Numbered from the whole stretch's first letter, positions 42,001 through 56,945 are shown. The stretch: DNA of 63,388 nt, filler included, from Intoshia linei (GCA_001642005.1; 5 parts of 5 records of this genome joined end to end with filler, not necessarily neighbours in it), one strand, 5' to 3'. Notes: generated by a model not told the origin, from the sequence alone. Translations and numbers: made by a program.

Positions 42001-43892
42001 GTTCAAAGTTAAAAATAATTGTGTGGCGAATTCTGCAGTAGTAATTTTACCCTTAAAAATTAAAAAATATAAAATAAAGCAATAAATAAATAATTTAAAA
42101 TTACCATCACAGTTTTTTGAACTAATTGTTTAATTGGATCTACGCTAATTTTGCGTTTTGGCAATTCACGCAACAGAATTTGAAAAAATAATTTCAACTT
42201 TTGACTGTTCTTTGCATCGTCTGTAAATATACATTACATTATTTAAATATAATCGTTTTGATCAATTTATTATAGACACTGAAAAAACTTGGAAACCTTT
42301 CAAAAAGATTTTTGTATAAACCCTTCAATCGATTTGTTCAATTAAACATTAGATTGAGTGAAACCGATAATGTGATACTGGTCAAAATGTATAGATCGTA
42401 ATATAATACAAAATTTAGGGCGGTACGGTCGGGTTAGATTTTGCGTGACCCAAACAAAAAAATTGTTTTTCCCTACCAAAATACAGTTTGGAGCTCTGAT
42501 ATATAAAAAATTGATAAGGGTGTAGGAATTTTTTTATTAAAACGCCATGGATGGTGCTAAAGGTTAAGAAGACAAGCTAGTCCACCATGAAATAAATAAA
42601 TTGATATCATGATCACTGTATAATTTTGATATAATCAAATATAAATTAAAATAAAAACCTTCCTGAGCCCAGTTTACATCAATTTTTAATATTTTGGCTA
42701 AACCAGCGATAATCGTATTGTCATTAACATTAATTTGAGGAATTTGAATAATTGTGTTTGTTGGAGAATTAAATTTTTCGCGCATAATACCAAGTTGAGT
42801 TGGAGAATAATTTTTAACATTAGATACAGGTGTAGTCAACACATTCTTCAAAACCGTATGATTCATATTCTGAGCGAAACGAACATTTTTTATGACGGTT
42901 TTGGGAGTATTGTGTCGATTTTGGTTATTTAAAACAACCAAATTTCCATTAGGCGCTCTAACCAAAACATTTTGCATGTTAGGACGTACATTAGAATTAG
43001 AAGTTTTAACAATTGTACTTTTTCCCTTACTAGCAAGAAAAGATTGTAATATTTGCTGTACATTACTATTGATGACAACTTGTTTTTGTCTCTGTATGGA
43101 ATTTGACAATTCAATTAAAACGTGATTATTTGAGTTGGCTAAAGCATTAATTAAAGTTTCATTCACGAGCAAAAATTTTGGACTCTCATTCTTATTCTCA
43201 CTAGAAAAAACAATACTACGTTCAGTTTTAACTGCGGTACACTTGTTAAATTCAGTAGTCTGTGAAACATCTAACCGTACATTTTTACCTCTTTGCAGTG
43301 AAGTAAGAGTGTTGTACATTTGATTGGAAGTGGCTTTCTTCAAACCAGTAATAATATTCTTGTTCACTTTAATTTCTTTATGTACTATGCCATTATTCGT
43401 TTGATAGCTCAACAAAATTGACGGAATGACAATTTTAGGTGTATTTGTTGGTACAGTATTGGTATTTTGTATTTGAATAGGAACATAATTTTTACTTGTA
43501 TTCACATTTTGATAAAACACTTGATTTTGACCATAATTTTGGTTTCCTGAATGTGTCGTCATTTTTTGAGTATTTATAATTTGAGAATTAGAAGGATAGT
43601 TTCGACTTACAGTATATCTAATATTTTGTGGAACTTGATTTCGCATTTGATGATTCGGTATAACTTGAATATTTTGAACTGTTGCACTAGAAAACCTGCT
43701 TGTATTTGGATTTTGAATGTTAGAATTCTGATATCCGTAGCTTATGGTGTTTTGATTGTTGAAAGTCTGAATAGGAATATTTTGAGGTACATTGGAAGTT
43801 GTTGAAAATTGGTTCTGATTTGCTACTCTAATAATTTTTTCATTGGATATTTTATTTGAGGGTTTTTGGTATTGATAATTCTGGTTTGACAT
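39022..43892 (-). CDS. TAF4: TFIID subunit 4, multi-exon
   Basis: Long N/Q-rich N-terminus; TAFH domain (KLFFQILL...IKQLVQ..GKITTAEFATQLF, about 42220-41965); histone fold (VSEYLSKALKIQLTDQLERLTIFADHR); DQEISETLSAAFGPR; RRIIILKDVIAYLD. Confidence 0.9.
39425..39559. mobile_element. pogo/Tigger-like MITE in a TAF4 intron
   Basis: TA|CAGTCAAAATCTCATTTAACGAA ... TTCGTTAAAGGAGATTTTGACTG|TA; longer copy at 56946-57271. Confidence 0.82.
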
Positions 43893-44844
43893 TATATTAA
43901 CATTAAATTGGGATTTTGATACAATTCATATACATTTACGTGTAATTGTGTTCTGTTTTACAAAAATGAAATTGTACATTAAATTAATTAGGATGCATCC
44001 ATTAATCGGTATTCTTTAAATTAATTTGAAATTAGCAATAAACATTTCGTTGTTGCCATAAATGTTTGCATTAACTATGGAAATGTTTAAATGTATGTTT
44101 ATTATGTTATAATGTCATCAGTTTCATAATGTACAAATGTATAATATACAAATATGTAAAAAAATTTAAATGTTTACTGGTTATTAATTATAATTGGTCC
44201 ATGTATTAATTAAGTAAGTGTAATTATTTCAAAATTATCATTAATTGTTTGATTTTATCACGATCAATTTTAAATGTTGTTTTGAATTTATATTGTCTCT
44301 CTTTTCATTATACCATATGTTGTAATATCCTCATAATTATCAATATTGATTAAACTAATTCTACTTGGCGGAAAATGTACATTATAATTGATATTAATCA
44401 GTATTTTTGCATTATATTACAGTATCAATATTTGAAACCTAACCGCTGATTTTATCTACAAACAATTCTGGTCCAGCATGATAGAATTGATTAAAATTTT
44501 CTTACAATGTTTTACACAGATATCAACAATGTTGATTCAAAATGTATAAATAAGTTAATATTAAATAAAAATTGTCTATCACACTGCAGGGGTCACATGA
44601 TACCTGATCCTTGTTTCGACTATACTAAGTAGACAATTTTTGTCATAGTCTATCACTCATAAGGGTGAATTGGTTGAGTTGCTCTAATTTGATTTTCGGT
44701 AATCTCAAATAAAGTTGACACTGTCAACTTGACAGTGAACTTCACTGAGTGAAGCAATTTTGGTGAAAAAATTAAGTTTATTACATCTCTGCCAAAGAAA
44801 AGTGAATAAATGTTTGTTCATCGTTTAATTTAACAGAAATTCAA

Positions 44845-47800
44845 ATGCTATCAAAATTATATTTGATTCAATTTTTTTGTATCGTTTTACTTCAATCTAA
44901 ATTGATATCAAATGATCCTGTGTGGTCGTCAAGTTTTTATACGTCAAAGGTTTAATTTTGTTTTTAAAGTGTATATTCAAAAATATCTAATTGGCCAAAT
45001 TCTCTACTATGCCATCTCTGAATTTGGAACTGCAAAGTTCTCAATCTATACGAGTAGAGAAATTAGATTTAAATAGTGTATATTAGAATAGAACATTTCT
45101 ATTCTAAATTGAACAATTCTATTTTTGTAGTTTAATTTTCAAAATATTGCCAGATTAATTTAGTTTTAATGGCCAACTGCGACGAGTTCAATTTCTGAGA
45201 ATTCAATTAAAACTTAGATTTTTTAATTTACAATAAAACAGTTTACCATCGATATTATTTGGGAAATTTATTATATTTTATAATTCATTTTCATGTGTAA
45301 TTATATTTGTTAACATTTGTAAATTCAAAAATTTGTAAAATATTGCTTGATAAGATGGTAAAAGTTGTTTTTGCTCTGGAAGATGAATTATTTATCATCT
45401 AATTATATACTAGATCAATGCTTTTCAACCAGGAGGTTGCGAAATTTAACAGGGGGGTCGTGAGAATTTAAAAATTATATGAATACTTTTATTTATTTAT
45501 TTATTTTTTTTTGTTTTAATATATTATTGACAGAAATAATGTTACGGAAATATTTTTATATTATGAAAATTTTTAGGTGGCGAAAATTTTCTATGTTTAT
45601 AAGGGGGTTGTGAAAAATTTTATGTCTATCAAAATTTTATATTTTTTGGTAGACGCCTATATAAACCATTGGATTATTTTGAAAATTTTTAATGATTAAT
45701 ATATGAATCATTGGATGTGAAACTGTTAATAAATTAACCATCAGAAAATTGCATTAATGTTACGATTTTAACAAATTTATAATTTATTAACTCTTTTTAG
45801 AGATTATTTGTTAAAAAATAATTTAGATTATTTATTTTTTGAAATATAATAGAAAACTCGCCCACCGTTGATAACCCCTGCTTTAAACTAAATCCTCTAG
45901 TATAAAATTTGATGATAAATAATTTTTTAAAAAACTCAAAATAAAACCAAAAAGTATGAAACCGGTAAAAATAATTTAGAATAAAAAATTCAAATATTTT
46001 AACAAAATACGCTATTTAAAACATTCTGGTCCAAACTACGGACACGGGTCACATGTGATTCATTAAAATAAAAATTTATCATAAAAAATATTTACGGAAC
46101 TTTTCTGGCGAGCATGGTTGGGTCTGTTGTGTTCATTACCCACTTGTTTATAACACAGTTTATTAATAATTATAATTAATGAAATACTTATCATTTTAAT
46201 TAGTTATCAGTGTTTCCCAGCCTTAGCGATTTAGTTTTGTTGTTGATCAAATTTAAAAAACAGAAAATGAAATTTATTTTTAGAATTTTTATATAAATAC
46301 TAGGTTCACTGATTTGTATTATGTACAAACAGCATCTATCTCTGCCAAGGGTGGATATTTTTTGAAATAGGTTCCAATCAGAAACATTTTCTAGTCAATG
46401 TATTAGTCGATCGCATCAAAAAAGGTTGGCCACCCCTGCTTTAAAAGAGCGGTTCCCAAACTTGTTTCAATTGAAAATTACATAAAAGGGAATTGGAAAG
46501 ATTTTCTCATACATTATGTATTGTTAAATTTAAAAATTTTTTAGTTGGACCACAATAATCAAACATCAGATACTTTAAATATTAAAATATTGTATACATT
46601 ACAATATGTTAAACGTACATCCAATTGTATACTATTTTATACTGGAAATGAAGCAAAAATTGAATGGTTTTGGAATAATACAGTAAATTTTAATTCATGA
46701 ACTTATATAAAAAATGAAAAATTGAAGAGTTTTTAAAAAATCAAAATTCTAACACATTTCTTCAAAGGAATGCACAGTATGGGAATTTTCAGGTTCAAAT
46801 ATTCACTAATTGTGTTTTGGTCGTGAAAATGCACGTTTTTGGAGGTTTCCATTTATGATAATGCTTATGATTTTAAAAATTATCCAAAATATATGTTTTA
46901 TAAAATTATAAGACTTTTTTCATTTGTAAACAAAGGGTAATTTGTGGGTTTGACCATAAAGATGTAATTTTCTGAGGTTGAGTTTACGATAATGTTAATG
47001 ATTTTAAAACGTGTCCCAGAATTTATGTTTTTTTAATTAAACGGTAACAGACAGACATGCAATTTTATATAAAATCTAATATAAAGGATATATTATTAGC
47101 AACAAATATTTGTTTGGGCCGAAAAATTACATTGCGTGGTAGTTTACATGGAACACAGATTTTACGGCGATTCAATTCCAGAAAATCCGGTAAAATTTCA
47201 TTGTTAATTATTCATATTTATATGTTAAATTAACTTTGTACAATAGGGCTATTATATTTTTCTAATATAAAAATGACATATATACAAAATGAGCGCCGCT
47301 TAATTTGCTGCAGAATTATATTAATGTTTTTAATTTTTATCTAAAAAAAACCTGCGTCTTGAAGTTTAAATTTTTCATTTTATGATTGCTCAGTTAGTTT
47401 ATTGAAAATTTTAATAATCCGTTGTCGTTAATAAATTTAAGAAATACCAATTTTCAATTTATCTGAATTTATAAAACTTTTAAAAATGTCGAATGTTGAA
47501 ATGAATTCATCATTTGAAATTTTACAAGAAATTATGAAATATTTTCATATTTTGTGGAATTTAACGGTATAATAATGACCATTGAACCTTGTGAAAGATA
47601 ATTTTCGACATTAATGATCAATGACAATGTTAGTAAATGAAGTATTAAAGATGAAAATGTATGTTCAAAAACTATAAACATATTTAATTAATATTTGTTT
47701 GTTAAATTCAATTTAATTTAAATTGGCGTGCATTTATTGTGTCAGTGTTTTTCTTATTGATTTTTCAGTATTGTAGATGGTTTGTCAGTATTTAAATTGG

Positions 47801-50800
47801 AAGGGCAGTAAAAAAAATTATTTTATCAGTAAAGGGACCTAAAATACTGACAAACCATCTACAATACTGAAAAATTAATGTTTCTACTGACAAATCAATA
47901 AGAAAAATACTGACAATAGACTAACATATGTCGAAAAGTTCGCCCGTGAACTGTGTCTAAAATATACGATTTTTGATTGATTTTTTTTGATGGAATAGCC
48001 CTATTGTACTACTTTCATGTTTATTAAATTCAAAATTAGAAACGAAACTATCAATACCTACAAATTTATCAAGCAATGAAAGATTATGTCAATTTTTTGA
48101 CTGAAATTAAAAATGATGGAATTGAAAATGTTATTATTAAATCAACAGCGAAAATTATAGCTATAGGTGGATCATATGGTGGAATGTTGGCAGCTTTTTT
48201 GAGAGTTTATCACTATTACATTATCGACGCAGCAATTGCAGCGTCAGCACCAGTTTCGTTGATTAATGGTAAAACGATTGATCATGAATTTTATGCCATT
48301 GCTTCTAAATCTTTTGTACATTTTGGTAAACAATCTTGTGCCGATAATATCAAGTCATCTTGGAAATTTATTGATGAATTTTATAAATCTACTGATGGTA
48401 ATTTTGTTTCATTTTCTGAGCGCGACAGTTATTCGGGTTGCGAAAATATTTAAATTATCATACAATCATGGAATTTTAAATTGTCGACCCAATGTAAAAC
48501 TCAAATAAATTATTTTAAGCTAACAGGTGCTCTCATACATCGGTTCCAGAATTCTGGTCCGTGAAAATTTTTTTTAAAAATATCATTACTAGTATTAAGT
48601 AATTTAGTTAAAAATATATGTCTGTTTATTTAATAAAGTAAGTGGAGTATAGTTTTAAAAATGCCATATTTTATTACAGTTTTACGAGGGTGATGCTTTA
48701 TGATAAAATTTATCGCAAATTTTATTTTCAGAAATTGAGTCATTCAAGGCAAAAACCTCAATTATCCTTTTTTTTAAATTCAAACCAGTCCTAGAATTAT
48801 AAAAAATACTAATCACGATATTAAAATCATCAACATTATGATAAATTGAAATTTCAAAATCTTATACCTTCACGACCAAAACCACAAATTACCCTATTTT
48901 TGTAAAAATAAAAAAGACCTAGAATTTTATACAACATAAATTGTGGGATATGTTTTAAATTTTTAAACATTATGATAAATTGCAAACCCAAAAAAGTTCA
49001 TTTTCGATTCACGATCAAAATCGATATTACCCTTTTTTTAAAAAATGAAAACACCCCTAGAATTTAATTAAAAAAAATACAGATGATAGTCATATCCTTT
49101 TAACACACACAAAAAATTTCAATCTGATCAGTGATTCCTTCGCGGTCAAAAAAGAACTTTAATATTCATTTTTTTTAATTCGAAACTATTTTATTAACAA
49201 AAATTGTAAAAAAAAATTTGAAATAATTAACTGTCCTAAAATTAAAAAAACAAAACGTCTACACCAGGGGTCTGGAATCTTTTGCATCTCGGGTCCACTT
49301 TTTTATATAAAAAAATTATACGGGCCCCGTTTTTGAAAATTTACACATAATACATTTTAATTTTAACTGAAGATAAACGGTTCAGTATATTCAACAAAAT
49401 AAAATTCAGGGCAATTTGAAAATTTAGTATTAAAATGATTATAATTATAATAAGCCAATTATAGTAGAAAATGTTCAAAACGGTGTTTAAAATTGAAACT
49501 TAAATGATTTACATATTTACTCAAAGGGCCACCAAAATTATTCTGTGGGCTACTAGTTTCCAATAAAGAGATAAGGATGAAAATATTATATATTGATTAT
49601 TTCGGTTTTTAATATTTTTTTTACCTCCAATGTAATTTAGATACAAATCGCGTGGAAATTTACTATTCATAACTATATTTACATTTTACTTTAACGTTTT
49701 AATATTAATTAAAGGACCGCAGCAAATTAAAAAAAGATTCAATCTATGTAATGTTATGAATTTAACGGATTTTACTGCGGCTTTGCAAGACATGTACGTT
49801 ATGATTGCAATGTTGAATTATGATTCTCCTATGACTTATACCTGGAAAGGATACCGAAAGTTCCAGTCGAACCATTATGAACGCCCTGTTGAAAGAACTT
49901 GCATGTATATGAATACAAATATGACCAGTTCTATTGATTCAAAAAATAATCAAACCATAAATAATGTTGCAGCGACATTTATGGACTATTTCCCAACAAA
50001 TGACGACGGATGTATTGATTTGGTAGATAAAACTACCGTAAATTATGATTCATGGGATTATCAGGTTATTTATACTATGTTTGTTTATTTCACCATTATT
50101 ATTCATATACTCATTTAGGCGTGTACTGAACTTGCTGAACCTATGGCTACACCTGAAGAAAATGTGACTATATTTCCAGATATTAAATTTTCATGGAATA
50201 AAACGATCAGTGACTGTTTTCATAAATACAATGTCATGTATGACCGTGATGTAGTATATGAAAAGTATGGAAAGAAAATTTTCAAAAATACTACACATAT
50301 TTTGTTTACGTATGATTCATTTTTAAATTATGTGTTCTTACCTGTATCAAGGATGTAAATATTACTATATATTTCAAACAGGTAAATTTGAGTCATGAGT
50401 CCCAGTGTCGATTTTAATATAAGGTTAAAAATGGATTTGGACCGGGTCAGTTAAGGTGTGATATACCGCATGTCGGTTCGCCTAAATTAATGAAAAGTAT
50501 AAATCATCTATTTATGGAATTTGTGAAATTTTTTCTAAATTCTATTGCATATTTTAAATTTACTATCGTAAATCTATATTTTGTATTACCAATTTTGTAA
50601 TTTCAAAATTATATCTATAAAAATGATTAATTTTGGTTAAAATGATAATGCAAATAACGAACATCTTGACACCATGATGATAACGACATTTTAAGCTAAC
50701 TTGTTTTAACTTGTTCTAAAAAGGGTTGTTGACAAACTTGAAAAATTTTAGAATGGGATTTCTGAAACTTTCTGTGATAGCGGACCGGACAAAAAAATTC

Positions 50801-52211
50801 ACCATGTTCTGATTCAAAATTTGAGCATTTGGGAAGTGGTAATATTTTTTTCAAGTTGGCACTCCCAAAGTTGTAATTTACGTTCAAAAGCTGTAACGTG
50901 ATTATACATTTAATGAATCAATTGATTTTTTCCTTGAAGTTTAACATTCATACAGTTGAAATGACATGTAATATTAACAAGAAATGCCAACTTCTTCAAC
51001 CAATTAGAATCTCTAAAATTGGAAGTGTCAAAATTGTTATCTTCAAGGAATATTATCAATTCATTTTGTAAAAGAAATACTCGTTCCAACATTTTATCAC
51101 AACTAAGCCAGCGTACATTGCAAAAATATTAGAAATCTCTATTCGGAGTCCGAATTTCGAACTCCATATCTTGTAAGAATTGCTGAAATTTCCGATGATT
51201 CAATCCACGCGACAAAATAAAATTTACAGTTTTTATAACAAAAACTATTTCCGGCCGTATGTTGCACATTCCTGTAATAAACTTTCAGATAAATATGTTT
51301 ACATACTTTATCTACATTATACTCTAATGATTAATGTATGTTCATTTAAAGTTTCAATTTCAAATTTACCCTTAAAAATATTTTCAATTTAGAACTGCGA
51401 TATACTCATATTTGGGAATTCTAGGGTTTAATAGTACCTGTCCATACTGTATTCACTATACTTAAATACACAAAAATAAATGCTAAGCGTTAAAAGTAAA
51501 TGAAATTGTAGAGAAAAACATTTATTTATACATGTTAATTAATCATTTATTAAAATCTTCCCTAGCTGAATTAATTGCTTCCTGGGGAGATATTACCAAT
51601 TCTGGTCGCACTATATATTATAAACAATAATTATCGCATAATAAAAGTATTCGTTAGCCCTTTTATACATTGCTTAAAATTGTAATACATATAATGAAAA
51701 ACAAACAATGTAAAGATGTACAATAAATACAATATATATTTTTTTATATTTATTATTATTATATTAAATATAATATACACAGATACGAAAATTTTTTAGA
51801 ATTACATGTTTTAGCTTATAAGATTATTGATTTTTTTTGTAATTTGGTTTAGTAATTCGTAATTCTTAAGTTGTGGGTCGATTCTTTTTAATTCATAACA
51901 TTTTTTCGTCAGGATTTGAATATTACAAAAAAAATGTATAAAAAGCTTGAAAAAACGTGAACCACGCATGGTTACTCATATTCATAGATGTATTGAAATT
52001 TAACGGTTAAATAATAAATGTAATTAATATTATTAGAGACGGAAGTCTGGATCCTTGGTCAGCTGGAGCTATAGAAAAATATGAAACTGCAACACATTTG
52101 ATTTCAAAATATGCAGCGCATCATAATGATTTGAGAATAACGAACAACAAAGACACGAAACGTGTTCAAGCCATTGAATTAAAATGGCTTGCTGAAATTA
52201 TTAATAATTAA
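44845..52211 (+). CDS. PRCP: Peptidase S28 (lysosomal Pro-X carboxypeptidase / DPP7 family), 7 coding exons
   Basis: Signal peptide; LDH; LFYTGNEAKIEWFWNNT; EHRFYGDS; GGSYGGMLAA (Ser); WDYQACTE; DGSLDPWS (Asp); AAHHNDLR (His). PRCP versus DPP7 not resolved. Confidence 0.88.
47241..48006. mobile_element. TA-flanked MITE filling the third peptidase intron
   Basis: TA|CAATAGGGCTATT ... AATAGCCCTATTG|TA. Confidence 0.65.
50696..51260 (-). pseudogene. Degenerate hAT (Charlie/Buster) transposase fragment in a peptidase intron
   Basis: NFILSRGLNHRKFQQFL...CNVRWLSCDKMLERVFLLQNELIIFL...WLKKLAFLVNITCHFNCMNVKLQG, with stops. Confidence 0.85.
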
Positions 52212-52256
52212 AATTTTACATAACTTTGTAATATTATTAATCTATAATATAATTAA

Positions 52257-53556
52257 CTAGGTTGACTGCACCTCGCTTTGCCGAGGGCACATTTTTATTC
52301 TACCAAAAAATAGAATTCCTGTTGAAAATCTAACTTAAAAATCCTACTATTCACTTTTAACAATCCTTTAAAGGAGTGGCTCCTAAACTTGTTTCAGGTG
52401 GAACCGTCATAGCACATTACTGTTGTTAACATTTGCGTACAGAATTTTAAAAAAAATGTTATTCCATTTTTTTAATCTATTAGACAGAACGTGTGTATAA
52501 TGTTAAAAATAAAGTAAAAACAGTCCAATCCTAAAAATTGTCATAAATAGCATAAATCCCAGAAAAACTATTTTTTCATTTTCAATTTCGTGATATACAT
52601 TTAGTACCAATTTAATATAAATATTTAAAAATACTAATTATGTATCAATAATTAACGGAATCTTCACTTTATAAAAATATTTCAGGCGAATTTTACCAAT
52701 ATTGCAAAGGATTGTAATAAATATAAAAATGATAATAACAAAGTCGTTTTAGTTTAGTTTCTATTAAATTTTATATAAAATGTTTTGATAATGAGAATTT
52801 GAAATTTAAAAATTGCGTAGCAATGAAAAAAATTCCCAACGAATGAATTATATAGATTTTCACCCATATTTCTTTTTGAAATTGTAGGATCAATATTTAC
52901 ATTTTTATTTTAATTGAAATATTTGATAAATATTGGTTGATAATATATTAAAAATTATTTTTCATTGAGAATGCGTAGATTTATCGGGTTGAACTTTTGT
53001 ATTTATATCAACTGGAATAAGCTTTATCAGAATAATATTTTTTTTTTAATTTTCGAACAGTGAATTATTTCACATTTTTTGTTTAAATAATATATTTTGG
53101 CAAAAAAATATAATAGTAAAATACTTTTTTGACCGTGAAGTCGTCACTTATTCACATTTAAATTTTTTGTGTGTGTTAATAGGATACAACTGTACCACCT
53201 GTAAATTTTTTTAAATTCTAAGACTGTTTTCATAAAAAAAAGGTAATTTGTGGTTTTGGTCCTGAAGATATAATTTTTTTAAATTCAAATTTATTATCAA
53301 GTTTATGATTTTAAAATTTGTATCAGAGTATATATTTTTTAATTCTCCCACTCGTTTGATTTTCAAAAAAAAGGCTTATTTGTTTTTTTGACCATTAAGA
53401 TGTGAGTTTTGGAGGTTAAAATTTATTTTGCCAACACCCCAGAAAAAACTGTAATTGAAATGTGGACTTTATAAAATATCTAAGACTGGTAGCTATTGAA
53501 ATAAAGTAGAACACACACACAAACAAATATTGCGTAGCACATTATATAAGTAAGGA
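52257..53556 (-). mobile_element. Non-autonomous Helitron (1.3 kb), 45 nt downstream of the peptidase stop codon
   Basis: Minus strand TCCTTACTTATATAATGTGCTACGC ... GCCCTCGGCAAAGCGAGG ... CAACCTAG|T. Confidence 0.85.
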
Positions 53557-54071
53557 ATATAAAGCTTAAAAAATTAATTTGTAAAAATGAAGCCCATTTT
53601 ACAAAAATGTTAGACGTAATGTCAATTTGTATTTAAATATTTTGACAATTTAGTCTGTTTTTAACAAAACGGCTAATTTCTATTGCTTAAATGGAATGTG
53701 TTTAATACAAAATGTGTACATTAGGGCTGTTCAAAAAAAATCCATGATTACACCATATACTTCAAGGTGTGTAATAACGTATGTGCCTATTAAAAATATT
53801 TAATTTTTTAAAAATATGTGCCCTAAATTAATTTATATCTTCAAAAGTATATTTTTATTTTTAAATATTTCAACGGTAACTAGCGTAACAATTCTATTTA
53901 CATTCATTTATTTATTCGTTTATAAAAGTTTTATAATAATGAATAAGTTAAGTGATTTATCTCGATTGGCAACTGAAATTAATACATTAGAAAGATATGC
54001 ATTTCTATTTCACACATTAAGTCCGTTAATGATCGAATTGATTTGATTTCTGATGAATTGATATTTTTATG

Positions 54072-54171
54072 NNNNNNNNNNNNNNNNNNNNNNNNNNNNN
54101 NNNNNNNNNNNNNNNTTAATTAATTAANNNNNNNNNNNNNNNNNNNNNNNNNNNNNNNNNNNNNNNNNNNN
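54072..54171. other. Scaffold gap linker
   Basis: N44-TTAATTAATTAA-N44. Confidence 0.97.
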
Positions 54172-55570
54172 GGAAATGTGTAGACGTTCAATGCACATTT
54201 TTTTGAAATTGTAGGATCAATATTTTTATTTTTATCGACATATTTAAAATTATTTTTTATTGGGAATGCGTAGATTACTGGGGTTAAAATTTTGTATTTA
54301 TATCAACTGGAATAAGCTCTATCAGAATAATGTTTTTTTTAAATTTTTGAAACGTTAATTATTTCATATTTTTTGTTTTAATAAAATATTTCAAAAAAAA
54401 AATATATGAATACTAAAATGCTTTTTTGACCGTGAAGTCATCACTTATTCGGATTAAAATTTTTTGTGTGTGTTAACAGGATACAACTGTACCACCTGTA
54501 AATTTTTTGAAATTCTAGGGTTGTTTTCATTAAAAAAAGAAGGGTAATTTGTGGTTTTCGCTCTGAACATATAATTTTTTTAAATTTAAAATTATGATAA
54601 TGTATAATGTTTACTGTTAAAAAAGCATTTTAATATTCATATATTTTTTTCCGAAATATTTAATTAAAACAAAATATGTGAAATAATCAACGGTTTGAAA
54701 ATTAAAAAAAAGATATCTCTGATAGAGCTTATTCCAGTTGATATAAATACAAAATTTCAACCCAGAAATTTACGCATTCCGGATAAAAAATAATTTTAAA
54801 TATATTATCAACTAATATTTTTCAAATATTTCGATTAAAATAAAAATGTAAATATTGATCAGTGCCGTAGCGTCATAGTGTGCAAGGTGTGCGCCGCACA
54901 CCCTAAAAAATTTAAAAAATAATATTTTTAATAATTTGTAATAAACACTACTAGTTTTTTACTTTTATTGTATATATTTGATACTTGTCAAAACATGAAT
55001 ACAAAAATTACAAATTGAAGCTTACGTTTTACTACAAATTGTAATTCTTTTGAAATGATTGGATTAAAAGTTGTTATTCAAAAATTTTTGTATATACGTA
55101 CAAACGTACTTGTATATTTATGTATACAAACTGGAATAAGCTGTATCAGAAAATAATTTTTTTAATTATAGGACTTAATTTTTTTAGTAAAACAAAAAAT
55201 TTGAAATAAAAAAAATGAATACTAAAGTGCTTTTTTTATCGCGATGGCGTCACTTATTCACATTAAAATTTTTTGTGTGTGTTAACAGGATACAACTGTT
55301 CCATCTTTAATTTTTTATATTTTAGGGCTGTGTTCATGGGTTTTAATGCAAAAAATGATAATCTGGGGTTTTGATCGTGAAAATTATTTAATTTTGAGGT
55401 TGCCATTTATTATACTTATGCTTTTTAAAACAGGGTAATTTGTGGTTTGACCATGAAGGTGTCATTTTTGAGTCTAAGATTTACGACAATATTAATAATT
55501 TTAAAATGCGTCTTAGAGTTTGTTTTAAATTTTTGGGCTGATTTTATTTTTAAACAAAAGGGCCATTGGG
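54172..55570. mobile_element. Cluster of Helitron internal fragments in both orientations, plus a hAT-like end at about 54860
   Basis: Repeated blocks GGGAATGCGTAGATT, GACCGTGAAGTC.TCACTTATTC, GTGTTAACAGGATACAACTGT. Confidence 0.7.
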
Positions 55571-55859
55571 TTTTCAGTGATCGGTTGGAAATATTATTAA
55601 AATATTATTAATTTTTTTTTGTCTCGACTTTGGAAATTTAGGCATTAACTGATTACTAGATTAAAATTTGGTAAAGATTCAGATTTGTAAAATTTAAAAA
55701 CAATGCAGTGCATTGCTCTGAGCAATCTGCACATGTAAATAATTGAATATTTCAAAATCTAACTTTATTAACTTTTAAAAAAATTTTAACTTTTCTAACC
55801 GTATTAACTTTATAAAATTTTAATTAGCCAATTAATATTGACGATATTGGTGCCATCAT

Positions 55860-56803
55860 GCTGGAAATTAAACTATTTAACATATCAAATTTTAACTTTT
55901 CTGACTGTTGCTTGCCCTACTCATAAGGCATCCTATTTTATGGTATTGTGACAATAAATTTTTTATTATGTCATACGATCCATTGAATTTATCTTTTCCT
56001 TGATATAAGATTAAACTTAGTTAAAATGATTTTAAATATTAGTTCGTTTAAGTCATTCATATCTGCCATTTTTTTTTCTTCACAGAAACTAGGATTCTTT
56101 ATTGAATCCATACAATTTGTCGTATCAATACCAGATGTTGACGTGTTGAGGTTGATACCTGCCGTAGATAATTTAATTATTGGGTGAATTGAGGATGTCA
56201 AATTTAGGTATATTTGCCAATCGTTCAATTTTTTCAAATTGATATTTTCTTTGACATAGCAGAAATAGCAATCATCACTGCATTTAGGTGGAGACCAAAT
56301 CCTAAGTGAATCGAAAAATTTATTGTTATTCACCACCTGCCTGTAGCAAAATGCACAACATTTGTTTGGAGTCTATTGTATTGTATTGTATCTTGTTGTA
56401 TTTTTCCATAAAATTATGTATATTTATTACCAACTTAAGTACCAATTAAATTGTAGCTCCGTTTCGTTTTGAATAAATATACACCACAAATAAAACAAAA
56501 ATCATTAATACATGAAAAATGACAAACACGAAAAACTCATGACACTCATATTAATCTAAAAGAACTTTAATTTATTTACATAGATTTTAAATGACAACGC
56601 CATTATTACTGATTATTTTTAATCTGTCTGTCCTTCAAAAACTAGATCTAACTGACCTATAAAAATTATACCATTCTTCACCAAATTTTTCGTAGAGTTT
56701 AATGATATATATTTTGTTGTAATACAAAATTTATTATTATTTTTAATATACATTGTTATCATTGATAATAATATAAAACAATTTTAACGACTGTTCCAGG
56801 GTG
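55860..56803 (-). mobile_element. Degenerate Chapaev3-like transposon (N-terminal zinc-finger region); left end approximate
   Basis: Minus strand DFCFICGVY ... PNKCCAFC ... IWSPPKCSDDCYFC resembles the FCYICG / WAPH..C..C / WREP..H..DCYFC pattern; CAC terminus at 56803. Confidence 0.6.
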
Positions 56804-56945
56804 AAAATAAATTTCAGTTACTAACCTGGAATGATATGGTCTTGTAAGTAAACAATTGAATTTTTAAAACCTAAACATAATTAATAAAGTAAGCTTCATC
56901 CATCCGATAATAATTACTATACATATAATTTGTATGTACTAAGTA

